A stretch of DNA of 64,000 nt, from the NCBI GenBank assembly GCA_964486045.1, contig CAZALK010000003.1, positions 96,001 through 160,000 of the forward strand, written 5' to 3'. The notes beneath the pieces are model-generated. The model was not told where the DNA came from and did no database searches. It was given only the letters and a program-made list of their open reading frames with translations. Shown here in pieces: positions 29,557-39,730 of this stretch (the first letter of the stretch is position 1; every line of letters begins with the position of its first letter). This DNA is from an uncultured archaeon (GTDB taxonomy: Archaea; Asgardarchaeota; Lokiarchaeia; Sigyniarchaeales; SOKP01). A program made the position numbers and the translations under genes.

Positions 29557-30450
29557 TTAAGAAGTATTAATTTCATTCCTCTCAAAACCCCATTTTCTTA
29601 AGATTTTTTCAGCATTTGATATAATATTATCGATAAATTCGTTAATTGTAGTTTCTTCAGTTACATGCCCGACACTCATGGAACCAATAGGGCTGTCACG
29701 CAGCTCAAGATGGAAAATTTTCTTGTGAAATTTTTCATCAAATATATCTTGATGTAATACTTGATTTTTCCAAGATTCTGAAGCCGGACTTTCCTTTGTT
29801 GCCATGATAGAACTCCCAAAGCATACAGCATCAGCCCCCATTGCTAAAGCTGCAAGAAATCCCCGTGCATCGCCAATGCCCCCCGCTGCTATTAATGGAA
29901 TTTTAATTAGCTTTCTAGCCATTGTCATATTAATTAGTGTAGTATTTTGAGTTGGATTTTTAAATCCCGTACCCTCTAAGCCTACAATGGTTACCGCATC
30001 AGCACCTACTCTCTCTGCTGAAATGGCATGTCTTACTGTAGCGCTTTTATGGAACCATACACAACCAGCATTATGTACTCTTTCCCCTATCCTCGCAGCT
30101 TTATAAGCTGAGGTAGTAATAACCTTAACTCCTGCATCTAAAGCGATATCTACAAAGTCAAAATACGATTCTTCAGATTGAGATCGTCCACTCCTCTGCC
30201 TAACTTGAGGAGGCCATACTGTAAAATTCACACCGTAAGGCTTATTTGTCAATTGTTTCATCTTATCAATTTCTTCTTGAAATTCTTCGGGTGTCTTAAA
30301 ATTCAATGCTGTGATGATCCCTAATCCTCCGGCGTTAGAAAATGCTGCAGCAAATTCAGCCTTCCCTATTATTGCAAACGCGCCCATTATAATTGGATAT
30401 TCAGTATTCATCATTTTCGTTATTTTGGTAGTCCAAATCATTTTTATCAC
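29557..30450 (-). CDS. Nitronate monooxygenase/FabK-family flavoprotein
   Basis: TKITKMMNTEYPII, SNAGGLG, LIAAGGIGDARG, MGADAV. Confidence 0.88.
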   Translation of the reverse strand: MIKMIWTTKITKMMNTEYPIIMGAFAIIGKAEFAAAFSNAGGLGIITALNFKTPEEFQEEIDKMKQLTNKPYGVNFTVWPPQVRQRSGRSQSEESYFDFVDIALDAGVKVITTSAYKAARIGERVHNAGCVWFHKSATVRHAISAERVGADAVTIVGLEGTGFKNPTQNTTLINMTMARKLIKIPLIAAGGIGDARGFLAALAMGADAVCFGSSIMATKESPASESWKNQVLHQDIFDEKFHKKIFHLELRDSPIGSMSVGHVTEETTINEFIDNIISNAEKILRKWGFERNEINTS

Positions 30451-30524
30451 GTTTTAAGATTTATTTTTTTAATTACTAATTCTTGTGGTTTAGTTTTTTT
30501 ATCCATTTTTCATGGTAAATTTTA

Positions 30525-31457
30525 CTATTGTCCTGAAATTGAATCAACATTTTTAAAAATACTCTTAAGTTTTGCTAAATCATTCTCAGGAAGTGATGGT
30601 TTTAAAATAGACTCAAGATTAGCTTTCATATGATCAAGATTTCCTGTACCAGATAAAATAACATGGGTTCCAGGTTCGTAACGACAGAACCTATACGCTG
30701 CATCAACTAAATTTACCGCTCCTCCTTCTTTTATAAGAAATCCGAGGGGATCAGATCTGTCAATCTCATTGGGATTTAATTGCTTTTTTTCAATTAATTC
30801 ATCGATGCACTCTTTAAGTCTTTTTGGTCTGCTAAGAGCAAGTCGGACAGCAAACATTATCAAAATACCGATATTTTTTTCAATAGTTTTTGCTAGAATA
30901 TGATTTCGAGCAGATTGGTTCAAAATATTAAAACCTACCATCATTACGTCCCATATATCGTCTTGTAACGCTCTTTCTAGCATAGAATGGTTGGGATCGG
31001 GGTTGAAACGTTCAGTAATCCCTATATAACGAATTTTACCTTCGTCTCGTAGATCAAGAAGTGTTGGTACAATTTCTGAATAAAGATAATCATAGTCTTG
31101 TAAAATTACCCCATGAAGATGATAAATATCAATATAGTCAGTACTAAGGTTATTAAGGCTTCTCTCAAGGCTTTTTAATACATCTTTTGGTTTAATTGTG
31201 CCCCAAGTTGATTTTTTAGTTGATATTATTAAGTTTTCGCGATCAAATCCTTTGATTGCTTGACCAACAATATTTTCAGTTCTATAGACTTCTGCGGTAT
31301 CAATGAAATTTATTCCAGATTTTAAAGCATGCTTAACTATCGCAATAGATTGTTCTTCAGTATTTCCTGTGGTTTGACCGATGCGACTAGGACCTCCGCA
31401 ACCTATCCCCATCACACTTACATGTAAACCTGTCCTACCAAGTGTAGTATATTCCAT
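30525..31457 (-). CDS. Aldo/keto reductase
   Basis: LGRTGLHVS, GINFIDTAEVY, ISTK, DYIDIYHLH, GKIRYIG. Confidence 0.92.
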   Translation of the reverse strand: MEYTTLGRTGLHVSVMGIGCGGPSRIGQTTGNTEEQSIAIVKHALKSGINFIDTAEVYRTENIVGQAIKGFDRENLIISTKKSTWGTIKPKDVLKSLERSLNNLSTDYIDIYHLHGVILQDYDYLYSEIVPTLLDLRDEGKIRYIGITERFNPDPNHSMLERALQDDIWDVMMVGFNILNQSARNHILAKTIEKNIGILIMFAVRLALSRPKRLKECIDELIEKKQLNPNEIDRSDPLGFLIKEGGAVNLVDAAYRFCRYEPGTHVILSGTGNLDHMKANLESILKPSLPENDLAKLKSIFKNVDSISGQ

Positions 31458-31588
31458 ATTATCTGTTGCAAATTTCTTTTTATTTATGGAAATTGAAGCA
31501 TCTATTTTATAGTTTAACGTTAAAGTAAATTAATTAACTATACTTAATTTTAGTTTTTAATGAATAATCACATATTAAAATGATTTAA

Positions 31589-32809
31589 ATGGAAGGACAA
31601 GTACAATTTGAAGATTTAAATTTAGAATATGGTTACACATGTATGCCCGATAGATTACATTACTTTTCTAAAGAAGAAAACGATTTTCGGATGGAAGTTC
31701 GCAAATGGTGTAAAGATAACATTGAACCTGTTGCCACTAAGATAGATCGAGAGCGGAATAAAGATTTAGCTGTAGATACGGTTAGAAAAATGAAGCCTTA
31801 TTTAAATATTTTAATTCCCGAAGAACTAGGAGGTTTGGGTAAGGGAGTTCTATACCGTGCAATATTTGGTGAAGAATTAACTGCTTTTAATTATGCTATA
31901 GCAACAATTTTTGGTGCATCCTCATGCTTATTTGCGGCACCTATTATTGAATATGGAACACCTGAACAAAAGGAGAAGTATTTATCAGGGATTGCTGATG
32001 GCACAAAAATCGGTGCAATTGGTATTACTGAACCTACTGGGGGTTCTGATGCCATTGGGGGGATGAATTTACGAGCTAAACGAGACGGGGATTATTACGT
32101 CTTAAATGGGGAAAAATGTTTTATTACTAATGGGAGTTATGCGGATTATATCACCTTATACGCAGTAACTAACGATCAAGTGAAAAGGCGTCTAGGGATA
32201 TCTGCGTTTATATTCGAAACAGATACTCCTGGGTTTGAAGTTGTGAAAGATTATGTCTATATGGGACGAAGAGGAATGCCAAATTCTCATCTTCGGTTTG
32301 AAAATTGTAAAATTCCCGCTGAAAATTTGATCTATAAAGAAAATGAAGGTGTTGAAGTTTTGATGTTTGGGCTAGATGGGGAGAGAGTTTTTACTGCATC
32401 TCAATATTTAGGATTAGCACGGAGTGCTTTTGAAGTAGCGTATAAATACGCTCATAAACGCGAGCAGTTTGGAAAAACGATCTACTCATTTGAAGGAATT
32501 TCTTTTAAACTAAGTGAGATGTTTATGGATTTAGAGTTAAATAGAATTGCGATTGCTCAAATTGCTCGAATGCTTGATGCGGGGCATTATTGTCGACCGA
32601 CTGTTGCAGCTGTAAAGGCAAAAATATCTGATGCAGCAGTTAATATAACAAAGGAAGCTGTCCAAGTCGTAGGGGGAATAGGGTATTCTGAAGAATATCC
32701 GGTTGAACGATATTATCGAGATGCGAAAATAGGGCAAATAAGTGCAGGTTCAGCAGAAATAATGAGATTCTTGATTTCAAGAGAAATGGTTAGAATGTGG
32801 GGTAAATAA
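31589..32809 (+). CDS. Acyl-CoA dehydrogenase (isovaleryl-CoA/long-chain-type catalytic arrangement)
   Basis: ITEPTGGSD, LNGEKCFITNG, GLDGER, REQFG, GGIGY, YRDAK, ISAGSAEIMR. Confidence 0.93.
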   Translation: MEGQVQFEDLNLEYGYTCMPDRLHYFSKEENDFRMEVRKWCKDNIEPVATKIDRERNKDLAVDTVRKMKPYLNILIPEELGGLGKGVLYRAIFGEELTAFNYAIATIFGASSCLFAAPIIEYGTPEQKEKYLSGIADGTKIGAIGITEPTGGSDAIGGMNLRAKRDGDYYVLNGEKCFITNGSYADYITLYAVTNDQVKRRLGISAFIFETDTPGFEVVKDYVYMGRRGMPNSHLRFENCKIPAENLIYKENEGVEVLMFGLDGERVFTASQYLGLARSAFEVAYKYAHKREQFGKTIYSFEGISFKLSEMFMDLELNRIAIAQIARMLDAGHYCRPTVAAVKAKISDAAVNITKEAVQVVGGIGYSEEYPVERYYRDAKIGQISAGSAEIMRFLISREMVRMWGK

Positions 32810-32811
32810 TT

Positions 32812-33285
32812 ATGGGTCGATTAGAGATAAGCCCATCTAGTTGGGGGGATTACGTTGGAAAGGAGCTCGGAACATCTGATTGGTATGAAGTGACTCAAGA
32901 TGAAATAAATGAATATGGAAAGGTTGTAGGTGATATGCAGTGGATACATGTTGATCCGGAACGCGCTAAAAAAGAGTCTCCCTATGGGAATACGGTTGCT
33001 CACGGCAATTGGGTACTCTCCATTGCCTATTCTAAATTATTTTCACAGTTATACGTACCGATTAATACAAAAATGACGATAAACTATGGTTGGAATAAAA
33101 TTCGCTTTCCAGCACCAACACCAGTCGGTAAACGTATTAGGTTAATAGGTAGAGTTAATCATGTCAAAGAAGTGGGAAGCGATGCTTATGATGTTGAGTT
33201 TGACTATAAAATCTATGTTGAAGGTGAGTCAAAACCTTGTTTTGCAGCTTTAAAACTTTCAAGATTTTACCCTCTAAAAAAATAA
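32812..33285 (+). CDS. MaoC-family (R)-enoyl-CoA hydratase
   Basis: GDMQWIHVDPERA, VAHG, NYG.NKIRF. Confidence 0.92.
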   Translation: MGRLEISPSSWGDYVGKELGTSDWYEVTQDEINEYGKVVGDMQWIHVDPERAKKESPYGNTVAHGNWVLSIAYSKLFSQLYVPINTKMTINYGWNKIRFPAPTPVGKRIRLIGRVNHVKEVGSDAYDVEFDYKIYVEGESKPCFAALKLSRFYPLKK

Positions 33286-33323
33286 ATATAAAGAAATTGT
33301 AAATAAATAAATTTTTTATTCTT

Positions 33324-34115
33324 TCACTTTCCAATAAATTCTGGTTCCTTTTTATCAATAAGAGCAAATACTCCTCTTTTATAATCCTCAGTTTCAGCTG
33401 ATTTAACCTGCATTTGGCGCTCGTTTTCAAGATGTTCTTTCAAAGGGGTGCTCAGCGCGTCGAAGAATAGTTTTTTGGTTCTGGAGTAAGCCAATGTTGG
33501 CCCATTGGCAAGGCGTTGCGCCCATTGCAAAGTCACTTCATTAAGTTTTTCTGGAGGAGCGATTTCATTAACCAACCCAAGTTTAGCTAATTGCTCTGCG
33601 GAATATGTGTCTCCAAAAAACGACATTTCTGTAGCTTGTTGCCAAGTTAGTTGACGACTTAATAAAATTGTCCCTGCAAATCCTGGTATTAATCCAAGTT
33701 TCGCGAATGATTGTCTAAACCGAGCTTTTTCTGAGGCAATTATGAAATCACATGATAATGCTAGATTCATACCAGCTCCAACAGCCCATCCATTCACGGA
33801 AGCAATAACAGGTTTGGGATAGAGACGTAATATTAAAGCAATTTTATAAAGATTTTTTAATAAATCATCCATTACTTTACCTGATGTACCATCCTCTATA
33901 CTTAATTTAAACAATTTTATATCTCCACCAGCAGAAAATGCACGACCTGAGCCAGTGATTATTACGCATCTTACGTCATTATTTTTCTCAAGTGATTCTA
34001 ACGAATCTAGCAACTCTGTTGCTGTCTGTTTATTTAAAGGATTGAGATTTTCAGAATCCATTAGTTTTATCGTAGCTATTTTATTTTCGATTTTTAGATT
34101 TATTTTATTACCCAT
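33324..34115 (-). CDS. Enoyl-CoA hydratase/isomerase family (PaaG-like)
   Basis: GRAFSAGGDI, KPVIASVNG.AVGAG, LGLIPG. Confidence 0.9.
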   Translation of the reverse strand: MGNKINLKIENKIATIKLMDSENLNPLNKQTATELLDSLESLEKNNDVRCVIITGSGRAFSAGGDIKLFKLSIEDGTSGKVMDDLLKNLYKIALILRLYPKPVIASVNGWAVGAGMNLALSCDFIIASEKARFRQSFAKLGLIPGFAGTILLSRQLTWQQATEMSFFGDTYSAEQLAKLGLVNEIAPPEKLNEVTLQWAQRLANGPTLAYSRTKKLFFDALSTPLKEHLENERQMQVKSAETEDYKRGVFALIDKKEPEFIGK

Positions 34116-34391
34116 ATCTATATCTTCTCCATTTTTGAATAATTCATCTACTTTTCGAGTTTATTTAAATTATTATTAATTGCTTAAAAATCTTAATTAA
34201 ACGAAGGTTTTGACTGTTTTCCATATTATAAGTAAGTTGTTTTTTAAAAAACTCACTCAATCTGATCTGTATAATCTGTTTGCGGTAAAAGAATTTTTAA
34301 ATTAAATTAGGGTGTTATCATGAAAGTTTATTAATTCGATTCACCCCTTTTAAACCATAAAACTAGATATCATTTATAAAAAAAAAATAGC

Positions 34392-35057
34392 GTGTACACG
34401 TTGAGAAGAAAAAAAATTTCAATGATAATATTAGTCGTAGGAATTGTCTTTTTAGTTCTTGCTCCAATTTTAGGTTTTACAACTGAAAAGACAACTGTTT
34501 TAGAGAAGAGACCAAAAACGATAGGAGAAGACAGTAGTGCGGGATTAAAAGAATCATATGCCTTTGGATTTTCATTAACAAGTGGCCAAAAAGCACGCAT
34601 AGAATTTTCTGTTTATTATGCTAACGTTACAGCCACACTCAAAATTTTAGGGAAAGGATATTATGATCAACAATTGGCCTTAAATAGCTCTCCAGGTGGT
34701 ATAACAGGTTTAGATTTTATTTATTCACAGTTTGTATGGGGTCAGTCACCTTCATCGAACACTGGATCAACAAATTCGAGAACAGTTATGTATAATGGTT
34801 ATTGGTATATTGAGTTTGCTGGAGATACTAACGGAGATTACCTTATTTCGATACCAGGCTCTTATGTAGTTGTTGTTTACGGAGATAATGATGGACCTCC
34901 TGCTAATATCAACGTACTATTCAACATTGCAATTAAAATAGATGGTCCGGGAGAAATGTTAGAAAAAATATTCTACTATATTGGTACGGGTGTGATACTT
35001 GTTGCCGTATTATTCATTTCTTTCGGATATTACAAAAAATTTAAAGGAGGTCGATGA
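34392..35057 (+). CDS. Hypothetical membrane protein with extracellular beta-domain
   Basis: TM at both ends; stop overlaps the next start (ATGA). Confidence 0.75.
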   Translation: MYTLRRKKISMIILVVGIVFLVLAPILGFTTEKTTVLEKRPKTIGEDSSAGLKESYAFGFSLTSGQKARIEFSVYYANVTATLKILGKGYYDQQLALNSSPGGITGLDFIYSQFVWGQSPSSNTGSTNSRTVMYNGYWYIEFAGDTNGDYLISIPGSYVVVVYGDNDGPPANINVLFNIAIKIDGPGEMLEKIFYYIGTGVILVAVLFISFGYYKKFKGGR

Positions 35058-35524
35058 TGGTGGGTGAAGAAAAAGGTTTTTTTGATAGATTACCATTAAT
35101 GGATAAAAATAAAGCCACAAAATTCATAATATACGGTTTAATTGCAGCAGTATTATTTGGATTAATAATGATGATAAGTCGTTCTATTGCTCAAAACGCA
35201 TCTACGTGGGAAAATTTAGAAAACCAAAGGAATGAGATCAATTACTGGAATGGTGAGTATGGATTCAATGATTATATCAAAAGACAAGAAGAAATTGACG
35301 AAATCAGATATTGGATGGAATGGCAAGATGTTATTTTTATGAATATCGCAAGAGTCGGAGTAAATATTTCATTAATCTTCATCCTTATCGGGTTTCTTAG
35401 TTTTGCTGTGAATGATAAAATCGATGAAAAAACAAGGCAGATATCTTTAATCATTGCAGGACTAGTTCTTTTTGTAATAATGTTTACAACATTTTTCTCT
35501 GCTATTGCTATAACTGTTGCGTAG
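35054..35524 (+). CDS. Hypothetical membrane protein (3 TM)
   Basis: GGAGGT SD inside the upstream gene; translational coupling. Confidence 0.78.
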   Translation: MMVGEEKGFFDRLPLMDKNKATKFIIYGLIAAVLFGLIMMISRSIAQNASTWENLENQRNEINYWNGEYGFNDYIKRQEEIDEIRYWMEWQDVIFMNIARVGVNISLIFILIGFLSFAVNDKIDEKTRQISLIIAGLVLFVIMFTTFFSAIAITVA

Positions 35525-35867
35525 TTTTAAACATATTTTTTTTTTTTTATTAAAGTCATTCGTGATTTAATTATCCTTACTTTTTGATATTTTATGCAAG
35601 CTGGGAGAATGACATTTTCTGATGGCCCTGATTCAATACTGATCCAACCACAAAGATTTCTTGAGTTAATTATAGAGTCCCGAAAAAATGGTGGGATTTT
35701 TATGTCAATTTTATAGCGAGTCTCCACTAATCTAAATTAATCCTTTTTATTCATAGTTTAATCAATCCTAAAATTGTCTTTAAATACATATAAATATTTA
35801 TACAACTAATTAAATAAATTTGAGACGAAAATTAAATTAAGAATCTTTTTAAAACATAAAAAGGATC

Positions 35868-36566
35868 GTGGTTATCCTTATTGGAAAAAATTACGAGTAT
35901 GTGTGGTTAATTCCATTAATAAGTGGAATTTTAGCGATAATAGCATTTGTGACTCCTGTAGCTTTTTTTAATAGGATGGGAATAAGTTGGTACTGGTGGA
36001 TGTGGAATCTTTCGGTAATGGGTGTAAGTGGTTTGGGTTCCGAAAGTATATTTATATCTGAAATAGATTTTATGATTCCTTCTTTAATTATTTCATGTAT
36101 AATGATTCTCAGTATAATTACCCTACTTTCATTAGCTATTAAAGCTAGAACAAGAAATTTAGACATGAAAAATTTTGAATCTGTCTCTATAATAATTGGT
36201 ACTTTACTAATTGGCTTTACTATTTATTACTTATTAGCAATGGATATTGCTTTTTATGATGGAATGGTATTAGGAGGAACATTATTTCCTCCGGGTTTTC
36301 ATTTTTGGGATGTATTCGGCCCGAGTTTTGGTGTAATTGGTCCATTCTTTAGCTCAGTCTTAACATTTATAGGGGCTGGTGTGTTTCGTTATTATTCAAA
36401 AAGAAAAGAGGAGTTAATACCATCAAAAATGGGAATTTTTAAGAAAAAAGGACCTACCATAAAATCAATGGGAGGATTAAATTTTTGCCCTGAATGTGGA
36501 AAAAAAATAATTTCTGTGACTCAACGTTTTTGTATGAATTGCGGATTTGAACTTCAAAATATCTAA
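35868..36566 (+). CDS. Membrane protein with C-terminal zinc ribbon
   Basis: About 4 TM; FCPECG...FCMNCG. Confidence 0.8.
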   Translation: MVILIGKNYEYVWLIPLISGILAIIAFVTPVAFFNRMGISWYWWMWNLSVMGVSGLGSESIFISEIDFMIPSLIISCIMILSIITLLSLAIKARTRNLDMKNFESVSIIIGTLLIGFTIYYLLAMDIAFYDGMVLGGTLFPPGFHFWDVFGPSFGVIGPFFSSVLTFIGAGVFRYYSKRKEELIPSKMGIFKKKGPTIKSMGGLNFCPECGKKIISVTQRFCMNCGFELQNI

Positions 36567-36581
36567 TTTTATTTAAGCCAT

Positions 36582-37418
36582 TTATTTATCTAAATAAGTT
36601 GTCCATTCTGGTTTCAGTATAAAATATTGATCAATTGCGTCTTTCATAGTTTGACGGCATATTTCGATTTCTTTAAGGGTTGGTGGATCAATTCTTTTTA
36701 CTTTTTCCGCGACTTTTAAATCCCAACCAGTGTTTTCTTTCACTTGGTCGATTGTAATATTTTGATGTAGGGCGTCCAGATAGGCTTCTTTTGATACAGG
36801 ATCAAACCTCATTATACAGAAGGGCGTAACAATAACCTCTGGACCAGTATCAGAAGGGTAACCCGCTTTAATTCTACTATCAAATCCCTCTAAATAACCG
36901 GGATCAGTAATAAAATCTAGTTTTTCTGGTAATCTACGCTTTGTATGGTCATCTATAAGCCATACTAGTCTTTTTGCCATAGCTGCGATTTCAGTAGCAC
37001 CGCCACCTCCCGGTAAACGATAAATGGGTTTCTCGTAGGGGCCAACCACAGTAGTATTACAATTCCCATACCTATCAACCATGGAAGTGCTTAATAATGC
37101 TATGGTTATTTCACCTCTTTGTAGTATAGATAATGCCTCGATGGAATCTCCAACAAATAACGAATTCGGTACTAAGACTGGATCACTAATCGAATAGGGC
37201 ATCTTAATTGGTTGAGGAAGTTCGTCTTGAAATTGCCCTACTTCTAACACAGCGAAAAGATCAGGGCAATGGAGTAACTTAGCCATGTGGACCGCAAGAA
37301 AAGGCCAGTGAAAAGCATTAAATACAATATCATCATTCTTGATTTGTCTACATCCTGAAACTAACATCATTTCAAATCCAGTATATTCTGTACAAAACTC
37401 TTTATCTTTAGAAGCCAT
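36582..37418 (-). CDS. gctB: Family I CoA-transferase beta subunit (glutaconate CoA-transferase-like)
   Basis: VDRYGNCN, RLPGGGGA, LDFITDPG, VKENTGW. Confidence 0.85.
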   Translation of the reverse strand: MASKDKEFCTEYTGFEMMLVSGCRQIKNDDIVFNAFHWPFLAVHMAKLLHCPDLFAVLEVGQFQDELPQPIKMPYSISDPVLVPNSLFVGDSIEALSILQRGEITIALLSTSMVDRYGNCNTTVVGPYEKPIYRLPGGGGATEIAAMAKRLVWLIDDHTKRRLPEKLDFITDPGYLEGFDSRIKAGYPSDTGPEVIVTPFCIMRFDPVSKEAYLDALHQNITIDQVKENTGWDLKVAEKVKRIDPPTLKEIEICRQTMKDAIDQYFILKPEWTTYLDK

Positions 37419-38343
37419 AGTTTACTGCCCCCTGAATAATTGGTTTAGCTTTTAGAAACTTAACTTTATCCCTCCCTAAAACTTTCAGATATTCTTGTCG
37501 ATCGTTGACTCCGGTTACCCACTTTTCAAGCCAATTTTCCCAGTCTTCAATTGTTTTCGTTTCTTTCGCATAATTAAATCGATACTCTAAATCTGTGTAG
37601 TAATGACCTTGCATACTACTCGGATGTGCTCCCCATGGTTCATGTACTACAGCATCAACTTTATGAGCCCCAACTATTGTGCGTTCGGGAGATTCCATAA
37701 TTACGCTTTTATCCACGATTTCTTCTGTTGCAACAATAATTTTCTTACACGCGTTAATTCCGTATTTAGTGTCTCCTATTAATCCCCACATTTGGGCATT
37801 TCCTTCTCTATCTGCCCGTTGTACCTGAATTATACCAACATCAGGATTAATCGCAGGAACGACACAAATATTTTCACCGGTAAAAGGGCATTCCACTCTT
37901 GCAGCCTTTAATCCTACTTCTTTTGGATGATCATAAATACCCGTTCCGACTACTGAACGAATAGGTACAAACGGGATTCCCATATAACCAGCAAAAAAGG
38001 ACATGTTGATCATAAAAAGAGATTGTTCATTGTAAATTATCTTTTGGGGTATTCCCTGTTCCATTGATCGCCTTAGATTATATGCAGGTTGAGGACCGGT
38101 ACCATTCCAACAATGTGAGGTGACTATATGATTTGTGATTCCTGCACCTATTATCTGGTCAAACATTATTCCACCCCCACATTTAGTCACTTTAAGATTT
38201 CGTTTATTCTGTCTGATTATTTCATGGGCAGCAGAAAACGTCATGCCGTTACCGAATCCGCCGAAAAATACAAATTCTTCATCATGCACAAATTTATTGA
38301 TTGCCTCTTTCATAGACATTATCTTATCTGAGATTTTTTTCAC
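37408..38343 (-). CDS. gctA: Family I CoA-transferase alpha subunit
   Basis: HEIIRQ, CPFTGE, VPAINPDV.IIQVQRAD.EGN, EPWGAHP; overlaps the beta subunit gene. Confidence 0.87.
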   Translation of the reverse strand: MKKISDKIMSMKEAINKFVHDEEFVFFGGFGNGMTFSAAHEIIRQNKRNLKVTKCGGGIMFDQIIGAGITNHIVTSHCWNGTGPQPAYNLRRSMEQGIPQKIIYNEQSLFMINMSFFAGYMGIPFVPIRSVVGTGIYDHPKEVGLKAARVECPFTGENICVVPAINPDVGIIQVQRADREGNAQMWGLIGDTKYGINACKKIIVATEEIVDKSVIMESPERTIVGAHKVDAVVHEPWGAHPSSMQGHYYTDLEYRFNYAKETKTIEDWENWLEKWVTGVNDRQEYLKVLGRDKVKFLKAKPIIQGAVNYGF

Positions 38344-38615
38344 CTTTATAATGAAGTTAAAGCTATTAGATAATGAGATATTATATACTAAACTTTTAGA
38401 CCATTTATAAATTTATACATAACCCTTGTTAGTGATAAACTCGTCTAATTTCACAAGTAGATAGAGTTCTAGTTAAAAAAAGTACTAAAATATTTTAGAT
38501 AGTTTGAAATCATTTCCTATCTGGAGCGCTAATTAAGTTCAATTTGATAAATAAGTTTAAAAACATTTCATCATACTCTTTCTACACAATAGTCAAAATA
38601 AATCAAGGATTGATT

Positions 38616-39596
38616 ATGCCAACTGAAAGAACTCTAAGTGATTACTTTGATACTACCGGTCGTGATGATATTTTAACTGGTGGAATTAAGATGATCTCCA
38701 TCCAGACTCCACTCGGTGAATTTAAAGTCTGGACCAAAAAGATTGGAAATAATCCTACAATCAAAGTACTTCTCTTACATGGAGGCCCTGGTGGAACTCA
38801 TGAATATTTTGAGTGTTTTGATAGCTTTTTTCCAGCAGAGGGGATTGAATACTATTACTATGACCAGTTGGGATCTTATTATAGTGACCAACCTACAGAA
38901 CCCGACTTATGGGAGATATCCAGATTTGTCGAGGAAGTAGAGCAGGTTAGAAAAGCTCTAAAATTAGATATATCAAACTTCTACTTATTGGGTCATTCGT
39001 GGGGTGGTATATTAGGAGTTGAGTATGCACTGAAATATCAGGATAATCTCAAGGGTTTAATTATCTCCAATATGATGATGAGCGCCCCTGCTTACGGGAA
39101 ATATGCTGATGAAGTCCTAGGACCTAAGCTTAAACCTAAAGTATTAGCTTAAATCAAGGAGTTGGAAGCTAAAGGAGATTTTGATAATCCTCGTTACATG
39201 GAGTTATTGTTGCCTAATTATTACGCTGAACATATTATTCGTATACAAGTTGACCAGTGGCCAGAACCCGTTAATCTATTTTTCAAACACCTAAATGAGG
39301 ATGTCTACAAGCTAATGTGGGGACCAAGTGAATTAAGTGCTCGTGGAACATTAAAAAATTGGGATAGAACCGTTAATTTATCAAAAATAAAAGTTCCTAC
39401 GTTAGTAATCGGAGCTACTCATGATACGATGGATCCCGAACATATGAAATGGATATCTACCCAAGTACAACAGGGACAATTTCTACTATGCCCAAATGGT
39501 AGTCATTGTGCCTTTTATGATGATCAGAAGATATACTTTGATGGGTTAATAAAATTCATCAAAGACGTAAATCAAGGAACATTTACTACCAAGTAA
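38616..39596 (+). pseudogene. pip: Proline iminopeptidase-family alpha/beta hydrolase split by an in-frame TAA at 39150-39152
   Basis: LLHGGPG, YDQLG, GHSWGG in the first ORF; D and GSH triad residues in the second ORF; both in the same frame (KVLA*IKELEAKG). Confidence 0.85.
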
Positions 39597-39730
39597 TTTT
39601 CATTGTCTTTTAACTTTATTTTATAAATTTTCAAATCTAAATTTTTCTAATTCAATATTTTCTAACTAATTAATAAATTTAAAAGAAAAAGTTAAAGTTC
39701 AAAAAAATCATAATATAAATAGAAAAAACC

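Noticed and set aside
22011-31540. Shared TAGTTAATTA motif upstream of lipid genes
   Set aside because: Too AT-rich to distinguish from background by eye
35527-35727. 66-aa minus-strand ORF and a 40-aa plus-strand ORF in a slightly GC-richer spacer
   Set aside because: No SD, motif or recognisable family; cannot choose between the strands
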